A DNA stretch of 64,000 nucleotides from an uncultured Candidatus Rokubacteria bacterium. Its GTDB lineage: Bacteria; Methylomirabilota; Methylomirabilia; Rokubacteriales; DASRDR01. The notes beneath the pieces are model-generated. The model had not been told where the DNA came from. It did no database searches and saw only the letters and a program-made list of their open reading frames with translations. The position numbers and the translations under genes are program-made. Location: positions 480,001 through 544,000 of the forward strand of contig CAWDVE010000010.1 in assembly GCA_963805625.1 (NCBI GenBank), in the 5' to 3' direction. Positions 1 to 11,647 of this stretch are shown here, in pieces (the first letter of the stretch is position 1; every line of letters begins with the position of its first letter).

Positions 1-376
1 CCTCCTGTCCCGGCATAGGCTCGGCCGCGCTCGCGAGGCAGGCCATGTGGGTGGCCAACAGACGCTCCGTCACCGCCGGAGGGATCGCGGCGGGATCGGC
101 TCCCACGCGACGGTAGAAGATCTCGAGCCGCCGAGGCGCGGGTACCTCCTCGTGACTGTCGGCTCGGAGCCGCTCGGCCTCCTGATAGCTCCAGAGATAC
201 GCGTCGTAGAACGTCTCGAGCCCCACCCCCGGCAGGGCCGTGGCCGCGACGCTGTGGAGTTCCGGCACCGACGACCGCACCTCTCGCCCCCCGATCCGGG
301 CCGCGGGGAGCCGGTCCCGGTCGAATCGCACCAGGGTGTCGAACATGTCGAACAGGACGGCTGAGTAGCGCGTCAT
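1..376 (-). CDS. HAD-superfamily hydrolase, 5' part (runs off window start)
   Basis: Manual translation from ATG at 376: MTRYSAVLFDMFDTLVRFDR..., containing HAD motif I (DxxxT). Not in the ORF track because it has no stop within the window. Confidence 0.75.
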   Translation of the reverse strand, partial: MTRYSAVLFDMFDTLVRFDRDRLPAARIGGREVRSSVPELHSVAATALPGVGLETFYDAYLWSYQEAERLRADSHEEVPAPRRLEIFYRRVGADPAAIPPAVTERLLATHMACLASAAEPMPGQE

Positions 377-395
377 CGCGAGCCGCCGACCGGTC

Positions 396-1397
396 TCAGC
401 CCAGTTCCGCGCGCGCCGCCCGGACCGCGGACATCATCGCCCCGAGCTTGGCCCGGCTCTCGTCCACGGTGCGGGTCTTGAGCCCACAATCGGGGTCGAC
501 CCAGATTCGGTCTGCCGGCAGGACGGTAGTGCCTCGACGAATCCGGGCTCGGACGTCGTCGGCGGCCTCCACGGAGTGCGTGTGGACGTCGAGCACTCCC
601 AGCGAAAGGTCCTTGGTGAATGGGTCCTTCTCGAACATGGTCAGGAGATCGAGGGCGCTGTGGGAGATCGCGAGGTCGAGGTTGTCCACCGGCAGGTCGA
701 GAAGTCCCGGATAGATCGTCTCGAAGGCCCCGAAGCACGCGTGGACGACGTAGTAGGCGGGAAGCCCGTCCACGACCAGATGCATCGCCTCGACCGCGAA
801 GCCCAGCTCATCTGGCCGGACGGAGAGCGCGGGCTCGTCGATCTGGATGATGCGCACCCCGGCTTCCAGGAGCGCCTGGACCTCATTGCGGATCTCGCGG
901 GCCAGCGCGAGGCAGGCGGCCTTGCGGTCCGGATAGTGGTCGTCGAACGACCAGTCCATGAGGGTGTACGGCCCGGTGAGCATGCCCTTTACCGGGCGGG
1001 TCGTCAGCGACTGCGTCCACCGCCACCAGTCGACCGTTATCGGGCCCGGCCAGCGCACCGGGCCCACCATCACCGGCTTGTGGTAGTAGCGATTCCCGTA
1101 CGAGCGTACCAGGCCGCCCCGCGCGAACCCGGGCATCGTCTCGGCGAAGTACGCGACCATGTCCCCGCGATACTGCTCGCCGTCCACCAGGACGTCGAGG
1201 CCGAGCTCCTCCTGGGTGCGCACCCAGAACTCCGTCGCCTGGCGCTCCAAGCGGTCGAGCTCGGGGCGCGTGATGGCGTTGCGCGTGGCCTTGGCCCGGG
1301 CTTCCACGAGATAGTCGGGCTTCGGGAAACTGCCGACGGTGGAGGTGGGCAGAACGGGCAGGTCCAGGCCCAGACTGCGGAGCTTCGCGCGGCTCAT
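396..1397 (-). CDS. metE: Cobalamin-independent methionine synthase, catalytic (C-terminal) half of a split MetE
   Basis: LPTSTVGSFPKP, DGEQYRGDMVAYF, KGMLTGPYT, IIQIDEPA; Zn ligands HACFG and PDCGLKT. Start moved to MSRAKL (ATGA overlap with the upstream gene). Confidence 0.88.
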   Translation of the reverse strand: MSRAKLRSLGLDLPVLPTSTVGSFPKPDYLVEARAKATRNAITRPELDRLERQATEFWVRTQEELGLDVLVDGEQYRGDMVAYFAETMPGFARGGLVRSYGNRYYHKPVMVGPVRWPGPITVDWWRWTQSLTTRPVKGMLTGPYTLMDWSFDDHYPDRKAACLALAREIRNEVQALLEAGVRIIQIDEPALSVRPDELGFAVEAMHLVVDGLPAYYVVHACFGAFETIYPGLLDLPVDNLDLAISHSALDLLTMFEKDPFTKDLSLGVLDVHTHSVEAADDVRARIRRGTTVLPADRIWVDPDCGLKTRTVDESRAKLGAMMSAVRAARAELG

Positions 1398-2389
1398 CGA
1401 GGCCTCCCATCGCGTCCCGCGTGCTCGCGCGCGATCGCGACCATGTTCTCGAGCTTCGCCCGGGCCCGGGCTCTCGGCAGGAGCTCGAGCCCGCAAGACG
1501 GGCCGAGGCCCACTGGCTCCCGGAGCCCCGGCAGCACGCGGTCGAGGATCCGGAGAAGGGCATCTCGCGCTTCGAGCTTCGTATTCCGTCCGTCGACCAC
1601 GCCAAGGACCAGCGTCCGGGGCGCGCCGGCCTCGGCGATCCGGTCCGCCAGCTTGGGCCCGTAGGTGAGATCGAGCCCGACGAGATCCACGGGCATCGCC
1701 ATGAGATCGTCCCACAGCGGGAGCGCGTCTCCGAAGAAGGTGTAGAGTGCGAGGTGCGCCCGCCCGCGAGCCGCCGCCAGGGTGGCGAGCCCCTCGTGGA
1801 CGAGGTCGGCGTGCTCCGGGTGTCGGAGGAGATAGGGCTCGTCCACCTGGATCACGGCGGCGCCCGCGTGGACGAGGTCGGCGATCTCCTGGGCGAGGAC
1901 CTCCGCGTAGGCCCGCGCCAGCTCCCGGCGGTTCCGGTAGCCGCCTTCCAGGATGGAGCCGCAGGCGAGGCTGTAGGGTCCGGTCAGGACGGGCTTCACG
2001 ACGCGATCCGTCGCGGCGCGAGCCACCTCGAACTCATGGCGGAGGACGGATTCGCGCCGACGGATCGGTCCCGACACCACCGGCTGGCGGAAGTAGAAGT
2101 TCGTGTCGAAGTAGCGCAGAAGGCCGTTGATCTGGATCCCCTCGCAGTGCCGGGCCAGATGCGAGATGGGGTCGTACCAGCGCACCTGGCCGTCGGTCAC
2201 GACGTCGAGCCCGACGGCCGCCTGCTCTCGCACCACGTGCTCCGCGACCTCGTCCTCGACGGCGCGCCACTCGGTGTCCGAGATCTCGCCCCGCTCGTGC
2301 TGAGCGTAGGCGCGCCGGTGGCGCTGGGTCTCCAGGGTATCGCCAATGCGCGGGTAGGAGCCCGCGCTCGTCAGGATCAGTTCCATCAC
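1394..2389 (-). CDS. MetE N-terminal-half-like protein (second subunit of split MetE)
   Basis: GSYPRIG, TDGQVRWYD, LLRYFDTNFYFRQP, KPVLTGPYSLA, GVVDGRNTKLE. The HxC Zn motif is absent. Confidence 0.8.
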   Translation of the reverse strand: MMELILTSAGSYPRIGDTLETQRHRRAYAQHERGEISDTEWRAVEDEVAEHVVREQAAVGLDVVTDGQVRWYDPISHLARHCEGIQINGLLRYFDTNFYFRQPVVSGPIRRRESVLRHEFEVARAATDRVVKPVLTGPYSLACGSILEGGYRNRRELARAYAEVLAQEIADLVHAGAAVIQVDEPYLLRHPEHADLVHEGLATLAAARGRAHLALYTFFGDALPLWDDLMAMPVDLVGLDLTYGPKLADRIAEAGAPRTLVLGVVDGRNTKLEARDALLRILDRVLPGLREPVGLGPSCGLELLPRARARAKLENMVAIAREHAGRDGRPR

Positions 2390-2817
2390 GCCTCCGTCTC
2401 GTTCTCTGGAATGGCCTTCCGGCCTCCGAATCCCTCGTCGAGGCCGTGCCAGAACCGGATTCGCTTCTCACCATAGCGCCAGCAGAGGTTGACCTCGCGC
2501 CCGCGCACGAGGCCGAGGAAGTCGACCAGCCCGAGCTCGAGGTCCTTCGGAACGCCGCCGGTGGAGAGAAGCTCCGCCAGCCCCGCTCGGAGCGCCCGGT
2601 TCGCCTTGTCGATGCCCGCTCGGCGGGCGCGCCACCACTCCGGCCGGAGCCGCATGCCACCCGTGAGCACCACCTCGCGCTGGGCCGCCTCCAGCTCGGT
2701 CCGGAGCCGCGCGGCCTCCGCATGAGCGTCCATCACGCGGCCCATGAGCGACTCGAGCCGCGGGATGAGGGCCTCGATCGTGCGGACCGTGAAGTACTGC
2801 TTGGCTTCCTCGGCCAC
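2386..2817 (-). CDS. DUF2203 family protein
   Basis: KDLELGLVDF...EVNLCWRYGEKRIRFWHGLDEGFGGRK signature. Confidence 0.85.
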   Translation of the reverse strand: MAEEAKQYFTVRTIEALIPRLESLMGRVMDAHAEAARLRTELEAAQREVVLTGGMRLRPEWWRARRAGIDKANRALRAGLAELLSTGGVPKDLELGLVDFLGLVRGREVNLCWRYGEKRIRFWHGLDEGFGGRKAIPENETEA

Positions 2818-2904
2818 GGTGTCTCCCTGCCCTACTCGAGGTCGGTCGCGTGGCGCCGTACCGGCGCCTTTTGCCCGAGCCCCTCAGACGCTACTTGAAG
2901 GAGC

Positions 2905-3231
2905 TCACGCATGGGGTGGTGGCGGGGCAACGACCACGAGCGCAACGAAGGGCGCCTCTGTGGGGTTCTCCAGCCCGTGCTCGACTCCCGCCGGCGCCAC
3001 GACGAGCACACCGGGCTCGAGCCAGTCGACCTCGGCTCCGATGCGGATTCGCGCCCGGCCCTCGACGCCGACGTAGAGCTTGTCCTGCTCCCCGTGAACG
3101 TGCGCCGCCTGGCTCTGGCCGGGGCGGAGGCAGTAGAGGTCCGTGTGAAGCCGCGCCGTGGCGGCGAGGCGGTGTCGCGCCATCTTGCCGTCCTGGAACG
3201 CCACGCGCTCGTCGAGGCGGATCCGCTCCAC
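2905..3231 (-). CDS. Cupin domain protein
   Basis: PGQSQAAHVHGEQDKLY and APAGVEHGLEN cupin motifs. Confidence 0.8.
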   Translation of the reverse strand: MERIRLDERVAFQDGKMARHRLAATARLHTDLYCLRPGQSQAAHVHGEQDKLYVGVEGRARIRIGAEVDWLEPGVLVVAPAGVEHGLENPTEAPFVALVVVAPPPPHA

Positions 3232-3234
3232 GCG

Positions 3235-4581
3235 TCAGACCCCTTCCGTCGGAACGGTCCCCTCGACCGACCAGGCGAGGAGCTCGACCGGATGGTAGGC
3301 GCGAACCCGGAGGCCGCGGTCGGCGAGCCCCCGGCGGAGCTGGAGGAGGCACCCTGGGTTCCCGGTCGCGACGACCCCGGCACCGGTGGCCGCGATCCGG
3401 TCGAGCTTCCGGACGAGGAGCTGTTCCGCGATCTCGGGCTCCATCAGGTTGTAGACGCCGGCGGACCCGCAGCAGAGGTCGGACTCGGAGAGCTCGACGA
3501 GCCGCAACCCCGGAATCGCCCGCAGGATGGTTCGCGGAGCCTCCCGCACGCGCTGGCCATGCGCGAGGTGGCAGGGCTCATGGTAGGTCACCGTGAGGTC
3601 GAGTCGACGCCTCGGGCCCGGCAGGTGCTCGGCGAGAAGCTCGGTGACGTCCCGCACCCGCGCGGCCAGGGCGGGAGCCCGCGGGTCGTCGCCGAGGAGG
3701 TGCCCGTAATCACGGAGCGCCGCTCCGCAGCCCGCCGCGTTCGTCACGATCCAGTCGGCATCGGCGAAGACGGCCAGGTTCTGCTGGGCCCGCGCCCGTC
3801 CGGCGGCCCGATCGCCCCAGTGGAGATGAAGCGCCCCGCAGCACCCTTGCCCATCGGGCACGACGACCCGATATCCAGCGCGCGCGAGCAGGCTCACCGT
3901 CGCGCGATTGACCTCGGGAAAGAGGAGTGCCTGCACGCACCCCTCCACCAGCGCGACCGTCCCCCGGTGGGGCCCGCTCGGCGGCAGGGTCTCGACGGGA
4001 AGCCGGTCCGCCGATCGGGCCGGGAGGGTCGGGAGGAGACGCTCCATCGCCTCGACGCGCGGGAAGCTCCGAAAGAGCCCCGAGCTTCGAACGAGGCGCT
4101 GGAGCCCGGAGCGCTGATAGAGCCTCGTCAGGGCGAGGACCCGCGCGAGCCGCTGCCGCTCGGGGAACACACCGAGCAGGAGCCGGCCCATGAGCCGGCG
4201 CCCGAGGGTCCGCGGCACTTTCCGCTCGATCTGCCCGCGCGTCTCCTCGATGAGGCGACCGAACGGGACACCCGCCGGGCACGCGGTCTCGCACGCGCGA
4301 CAGCCGAGACATCGGTCCATGTGAAGGACGAAGTTCTCGGTGAGGCCGATGCGGCCCTCGGCCGCGGCGCGCATCAGGTAGACACGGCCCCGCGGTGAGT
4401 CCATCTCCTGGCCGAGCACCAGGTAGGTTGGGCACTGGGGCAAGCAGATGCCGCAGTGCATGCAGTCGAGGATCCCCTCCCAGTCCGGGGGCTCCTCGCC
4501 GTCGAAGGCGCCGAGCGGGCGTGGGAGCATGTGGGCGGCCTCGGCGCCGGCGGCGTGCCCGGAGGCATGGACGGTCGCCAC
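3235..4581 (-). CDS. glcF: Glycolate oxidase Fe-S subunit (GlcF-like)
   Basis: Two CxxCxxCxxxCP 4Fe-4S motifs, two CCG domains, YHEPCHLAHGQ. Confidence 0.85.
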   Translation of the reverse strand: MATVHASGHAAGAEAAHMLPRPLGAFDGEEPPDWEGILDCMHCGICLPQCPTYLVLGQEMDSPRGRVYLMRAAAEGRIGLTENFVLHMDRCLGCRACETACPAGVPFGRLIEETRGQIERKVPRTLGRRLMGRLLLGVFPERQRLARVLALTRLYQRSGLQRLVRSSGLFRSFPRVEAMERLLPTLPARSADRLPVETLPPSGPHRGTVALVEGCVQALLFPEVNRATVSLLARAGYRVVVPDGQGCCGALHLHWGDRAAGRARAQQNLAVFADADWIVTNAAGCGAALRDYGHLLGDDPRAPALAARVRDVTELLAEHLPGPRRRLDLTVTYHEPCHLAHGQRVREAPRTILRAIPGLRLVELSESDLCCGSAGVYNLMEPEIAEQLLVRKLDRIAATGAGVVATGNPGCLLQLRRGLADRGLRVRAYHPVELLAWSVEGTVPTEGV

Positions 4582-5901
4582 CTAGATGCCTCCCACGTAC
4601 CGGCCGGGGTTCAGGACACCCGCGGGGTCGAGCTCCCGCTTGAGGCGCCGCATGGCCTCGAGGGCGGACCCGACATCACCCCAGACATCGAGACCGGGCA
4701 GGGCGTCCGGCGGAGCGTGCTCCACGACGCAGGTGCCGTCGAGCGCCGCGAGGGCCTCGCGGACGCGCGCGACGACGTCGCTGACGCGGCGAGCCTCGAT
4801 GGGCGCCAGGGTTGCGTGGAGGACACCGGTGGCCAGGTTGATGGTGGCCCTGATCGCATCGCCGCCGAGCTGGACCGCCTCCACCGCCCGCAGCGCCTTG
4901 ACCGCATCGGTCGGCCGGATGCCGATCCGCATCGAGAGGTGGGTCGTCGGGCCTTCGGGCCACGTGACGTCGGCGATCCGCTGCCACCAGGCGTCGGCCT
5001 GCGGCACCTCGATCGCCGGGCTCGCGGCCCGGCCACAGATGTCGGCGACCTGGCTTCCCTGCGCGCGGACGGCCTCGGGCACGCTGCCGATGGTCACGGC
5101 CAGGGCGGCGGCGGGCAGTTCAGGCTCCCCCAGCGCCCGGAGCGCGCCGGCCGTCACGAGCTGGCAGCGGCTCAGCACGACCGGCGTGTCACGGACGTCG
5201 AGGGCGGCGTCGAGGGCGGCCTCGGCGCTCGCGAAGCCGAACACCCAGCTGCGCTCCTCGGCCGGCCGCGAGTGGAGCCGGAGATGCGCCTCCACGACCA
5301 CGCCGAGCGTGCCGAGAGCGCCGACGTGGAGCTTCGGGACGTCGTAGCCGGTGACGTTCTTGACCACGCGCCCGCCACCCTTGACGAGGGTGCCGTCAGC
5401 TCGGACCACGGTCAGGCCCAGCAGGAGGTCGCGCATCGTCCCGTATCGCGCTCGGTAAGGTCCCGCGGCTCCCGTGGCGATCAGCCCTCCGATGGTCGAG
5501 GTGCCGGGCCGCGCCGGGTCGAGAGGAACGAACTGCCGGTGCGGGCGGAGGACCGCCTCCAGCGCCTCGAGCGTCGCGCCGCATTCCACCGAGAGCGTCA
5601 GGTCCTCCGGCTCGTGGGCGAGGATGCGGTCGAGCCGCGCGAGCGACAGCACGACGTCCAGCCGGCGTGGAGGCGCCCCCCAGGCGAGGCGAGCGCCGCG
5701 CCCGGTCGGCGCCACGGCGAGCCCACGGGCGCTGGCGAGGGCGAGGACGCGGCTCACGCCGTCGACGCTCGTAGGTTCGGCGACGAAACGGGGCGCGACG
5801 CCCGCCACCGTGCGGGTGCTCGCCCGGTCCCCCGAGAGAACCGTCCCCGGGGCGGCGGCCACGGCCAGCTCCCGTCCGACGTCGGCCGCGGCTAGACCCA
5901 C
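4582..5901 (-). CDS. glcE: Glycolate oxidase FAD-binding subunit (GlcE-like)
   Basis: GGRVVKNVTGYD, GTLGVV, LDPAGVLNPGR; likely GTG start at 5901. Confidence 0.82.
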   Translation of the reverse strand: MGLAAADVGRELAVAAAPGTVLSGDRASTRTVAGVAPRFVAEPTSVDGVSRVLALASARGLAVAPTGRGARLAWGAPPRRLDVVLSLARLDRILAHEPEDLTLSVECGATLEALEAVLRPHRQFVPLDPARPGTSTIGGLIATGAAGPYRARYGTMRDLLLGLTVVRADGTLVKGGGRVVKNVTGYDVPKLHVGALGTLGVVVEAHLRLHSRPAEERSWVFGFASAEAALDAALDVRDTPVVLSRCQLVTAGALRALGEPELPAAALAVTIGSVPEAVRAQGSQVADICGRAASPAIEVPQADAWWQRIADVTWPEGPTTHLSMRIGIRPTDAVKALRAVEAVQLGGDAIRATINLATGVLHATLAPIEARRVSDVVARVREALAALDGTCVVEHAPPDALPGLDVWGDVGSALEAMRRLKRELDPAGVLNPGRYVGGI

Positions 5902-7334
5902 ATGCCCTCCGGCACGGGCTTGCCCGTCCCGGCCGACACCGGGGCGCAAGCATGCTGCCCGGACGGGAACACCTTCTGGGGGTTCATGAGCCCGCGAGGA
6001 TCGAAGACCCGCCGGACCGCGTGCATCACCTCGAGGTCGTCGGGGTTGAAGAGGAGTGCCAGCTTCTCGGCCTTGTCGAGACCCACGCCGTGCTCACCGG
6101 TCACGGTTCCGCCGAGCGCGATGCAGGCGTGGAGAATCTCCTCGTTCGCCTCGAGCGCCCGGGCGAACTCCCCCGGGACTCGCTCGTCGTAGCAGATCAT
6201 CGGGTGGAGGTTTCCGTCCCCGGCGTGGAACACGTTAGCGACGACGAGCGCGTGGCGGGCGGCGATCTCCTGGATCTGTGCCATGACGGTCGGCAGCTTG
6301 GAGCGCGGCACCACGGCGTCCTGCAGGACGTAGTTGTGCGTGATGCGCCCGACCGCGCCGGCGGCCTCCTTCCGGCCCTTCCAGAGGAGAGCGCGCTCGG
6401 CTTCGTCCCGCGCGACGCGAATCGTCAGCGAGCCCCTGTCGCGGCAGATCCGCGCCACCACCTCGGCCTGCACCTCGACCTCGGCGGCGGGCCCGTCCAG
6501 CTCGATCAGTAGGACCGCCTTCGCCTCGGTCGGGTAGCCGGCGTGGACGCCCGCCTCGACTGCCCGGATGATCGGCTCGTCCATGGCCTCGAGCGCGGCC
6601 GGCACGATCCCCTCGGCGATGATCGCCGACACGGCGGCCGAGGCGACCTCGATTGACTCGAAGGTGGCGACGGCGGTCCGGATGGCCTCGGGGGCCCGCG
6701 TCAGCTTCACCATGACCTTGGTGACGACTCCGAGGGTGCCCTCGGAGCCCACCGCGACCCCCGCGAGATCGTATCCGGGGCGCTCCGCGACGACACTCCC
6801 GAGCGTGAGTACGTCGCCCGTGCCCGTGACCACCTCGAGACCGAGGACGTGGTGCGCCACGTTTCCGTACTTGAGCGCGTGGGGCCCGCCCGCATTGGTG
6901 GCGGCGTTCCCGCCGATCGAGGAGACCATCTGGCTCGAGGGGTCCGGGGCGAAGAAGTAGCCTCGGTCCTGCACGGCGCGTGTCAGGGCGAGGTTGATGA
7001 CGCCCGGCTCCACCACGGCGTACCGGTTGCGGACGTCCACCTCGAGGATGCGGTCCATGCGGTTGACGCCGATCATCACGCCGCCCTTCGGCGCGGTCGC
7101 CCCGCCGATGAGCCCCGTGCCCGAGCCGCGCGGGATGATGGGGACACCCGCCTCCAGGCAGCGGCGGACCACGGCCAGCACCTCGGCGGTCGACCGCGGA
7201 AGCACGACGAGGTCGGGCATGCCCTTGTAGTAGACGAGCATGTCGCACTCGTAGACCAGGCGCTCGTCCGCCGCGGTGACGATCCCATCACGGCCCACGA
7301 TCTCGCGGAGGGCGTCTAGGAGGCGGCGGTCCAT
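5892..7334 (-). CDS. glcD: Glycolate oxidase subunit GlcD (FAD-linked oxidase)
   Basis: PRGSGTGLIGG, APDPSSQ, GSEGTLGV, HAGDGNLHP, GEHGVG. Confidence 0.87.
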   Translation of the reverse strand: MDRRLLDALREIVGRDGIVTAADERLVYECDMLVYYKGMPDLVVLPRSTAEVLAVVRRCLEAGVPIIPRGSGTGLIGGATAPKGGVMIGVNRMDRILEVDVRNRYAVVEPGVINLALTRAVQDRGYFFAPDPSSQMVSSIGGNAATNAGGPHALKYGNVAHHVLGLEVVTGTGDVLTLGSVVAERPGYDLAGVAVGSEGTLGVVTKVMVKLTRAPEAIRTAVATFESIEVASAAVSAIIAEGIVPAALEAMDEPIIRAVEAGVHAGYPTEAKAVLLIELDGPAAEVEVQAEVVARICRDRGSLTIRVARDEAERALLWKGRKEAAGAVGRITHNYVLQDAVVPRSKLPTVMAQIQEIAARHALVVANVFHAGDGNLHPMICYDERVPGEFARALEANEEILHACIALGGTVTGEHGVGLDKAEKLALLFNPDDLEVMHAVRRVFDPRGLMNPQKVFPSGQHACAPVSAGTGKPVPEGMWV

Positions 7335-7437
7335 GATGTCTCCCGAAGAGGCACGTCCACGGCGGTCGCTCCTGGAAAGCCCGGTCGCCGGCACCCCGAG
7401 TCTCGCCGGTGATCCGGCGTCGATGGGGTGCGGTCCC

Positions 7438-8453
7438 TCAGCGGATCGTCCAGGTGTCGCCGGACGTCAGGAGCCGCGCGATGTCGCCCGGGCCGCGCTC
7501 GGACACCGCGCGCTTCTCCTGGTCGGCGACGAGGTCCTCGTAGATGGGCGCCTCGACCTTCGCGAGAACGCCGACCGGGACCGGGAACTGGGGGCTGACC
7601 AGGCTCGCCAGGACCAGGGCCGAGGCGGTGTCGGTCTGGTCGTGTACCCAGAGTCGCTCGACCGGCACGTCGCTGGCAGTGACGACGCGCGCCTTGACCC
7701 CGTCCAGCACCAGGCCCTTCCTGGCGTCGGCGGGACCGAAGACGAGCGGCTTGCCGTGCTCGACCCTGAGCTCGTGCTCGATCTTCGACTCGCGGTCGTA
7801 GAGGATGCCCCACGCCATGTCGTTGTAAATGTTGCAGTTCTGGAGGATCTCCACGAAGGCGGTGCCCCGGTGCGCGGCGGCGCGCTTGAGCGTGTCCTCC
7901 ATGTGCGCGATGTTCCGGTCCACCGTGCGGGCGACGAAGGTGGCGCCCACGCCCAGCGCGAAGGCGCACGGGTTGATCGGCCGGTCCGTCGAGCCCAGCG
8001 GCGTCGACTTCGTGACCTTCCCGAGCTCGCTGGTCGGCGAGTACTGCCCCTTGGTGAGCCCGTAGATCCGGTTGTTGAAGAGCAGGATGGTGACGTTCAC
8101 ATTCCGCCGGAGGATGTGGAGCATGTGATTGCCGCCGATCGAGAGGCCGTCCCCATCCCCGGTGACCACGAAAACCTTGAGGTCCGGACGCGCCAGGCGG
8201 AGACCCGTCGCGATTGCGGGCGCCCGGCCGTGGATCGTGTGGAACCCGTAGGTGTTCATGTAGTACGGGAACCGACTCGAGCAGCCGATCCCGGAAACGA
8301 AGACGATGTCCTCGCGGGGGACACCCAGGTCCGGCATCATCTTCTGGATGGTCGACAGGATCGCGTAGTCCCCGCAGCCGGGGCACCAGCGGACGTCCTG
8401 GTCCGACTCGAAGTCCTTCTTCGTGTAGCGCGGGACCTGCGGCGCGTTCGTGC

Positions 8454-8457
<4 letters not shown>
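7438..8457 (-). CDS. korB: 2-oxoacid:ferredoxin oxidoreductase beta subunit
   Basis: WCPGCGD, SGIGCSSR, HGRA, GDGDGLSIGGNH, NNRIYGLTKGQYSPT; start MSTNAP overlaps the korA stop. Confidence 0.9.
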
Positions 8458-10325
<1,868 letters not shown>

Positions 10326-10549
10326 GGACCTTCAGTCTCCTTACGTCGGATAAAGCTCTTGACCGGGCCGGCGCGATGGTCGGCGGGGACCCGGCGACAT
10401 GGCGTCACCCGCTCGCGAGCACACGGGGCACATGGTACCCAAAGGCCCGAGACATCGCAAGGTTATGGCGCACCACCGCCGGAGGTCGGCGGCAGCCCGT
10501 CCGGCGACCGTCAGGCACTCCGGGGGCGGGCGGCGGGGGAAGACGCCCA

Positions 10550-11485
10550 TCAGGGTCGCTCGGCCCTGCCCGACCGGCCCGACGAGCCGCCCGGAGCCTC
10601 GACGTCTCCCGCCTTCCGGAGCACGTCGATGAAGCGGTCGACGGCCGGCGGCAGGCGCTGGCCCTTGCGGTGGATGATTGCGATGGGCCGGACCAGGCCT
10701 CCGATCGCGAGCGGCACCGCACCGAGCATCCGGATCCCGACCTCCTTGGCCACCGCGGGCCGCGGCAGGATGCTCACGCCGGCGGCGATGGCGATCGCCT
10801 GCTTGATGGTCTCAATGTTGTCGAACTGCATTACCACCTCCACGCGCACCCCCGCCTGCCGGAGCACGCGGTCGATGGCCCGGCGGATCGGGAGGTCGTG
10901 GTCGAAGGCCACGAATCGCTCGCCCTGGAGGTCGGCCGCCTCCGCGACTCGCCGGCGGGCGAGCCGGTGGCTCGGGTGGCACACGAGCACCATGGGCTCC
11001 TCGCGGAGCGGCAGTACCTGGAGCGCCCGGTTCGCGGGAGGGTACGAGAGGATCCCGAGGTCGACCTCGTCCCCGAGGACCGCCTCGACCACCTTGTGGG
11101 GGTGTAGGCACTCGAGCAGGACGCGCGCGTTGGGGTGCATCGCCATGAAGGGCTGCATGTGGCGGCTCATGTCGTGGAGGCCGACCGAATAGATCGCGGC
11201 CACGCGGACGGTGCCCTCCACGCGGTCCCGGGACGTCGCAAGATCTGCCCGGGCCCGCTCGAAGCCCGCTAGGAGTGCCCGGCACGCTTCGTAGAAGCCT
11301 CGCCCCTCCGGCGTCGGCTGGAGCGGCCGGCGGGAACGGTCGAGGAGCTGGACGTCGAGCTCGGTCTCGAGCTGCTGGATCGCCTGGCTCGCCGCCGACT
11401 GGGTCACCCCGCTCAGGCCGCCGCCGCGGGAGATGCTCCGGAGCCGTACGACGTCGCAGAAGAGCTTCAGCGTCTCGAGCTGCAC
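10550..11485 (-). CDS. LysR-family transcriptional regulator divergent from gltB
   Basis: N-terminal HTH (VTQSAASQAIQQLE...LLDRSRR) plus substrate-binding domain. Confidence 0.9.
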   Translation of the reverse strand: MQLETLKLFCDVVRLRSISRGGGLSGVTQSAASQAIQQLETELDVQLLDRSRRPLQPTPEGRGFYEACRALLAGFERARADLATSRDRVEGTVRVAAIYSVGLHDMSRHMQPFMAMHPNARVLLECLHPHKVVEAVLGDEVDLGILSYPPANRALQVLPLREEPMVLVCHPSHRLARRRVAEAADLQGERFVAFDHDLPIRRAIDRVLRQAGVRVEVVMQFDNIETIKQAIAIAAGVSILPRPAVAKEVGIRMLGAVPLAIGGLVRPIAIIHRKGQRLPPAVDRFIDVLRKAGDVEAPGGSSGRSGRAERP

Positions 11486-11500
11486 GGCCCTAACCTACAT

Positions 11501-11517
11501 CATTAGTCATGCTAATG
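11501..11517. promoter_or_regulatory. Putative LysR binding site (T-N11-A palindrome)
   Basis: CATTAG-tcatg-CTAATG dyad in the AT-rich spacer between the LysR gene and gltB. Confidence 0.6.
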
Positions 11518-11647
11518 CAGCGATTTCTTGTTTTTGGCCTTGGCTAATGCTCAACACTGATGTAGTCTTCGGCCACTGGCCTCGCAGGCGTCCTTCGCGA
11601 GCGCCGGTGACGGGTGCCGTATGCGGGTGACCGCTGGGAGTGAGCCG

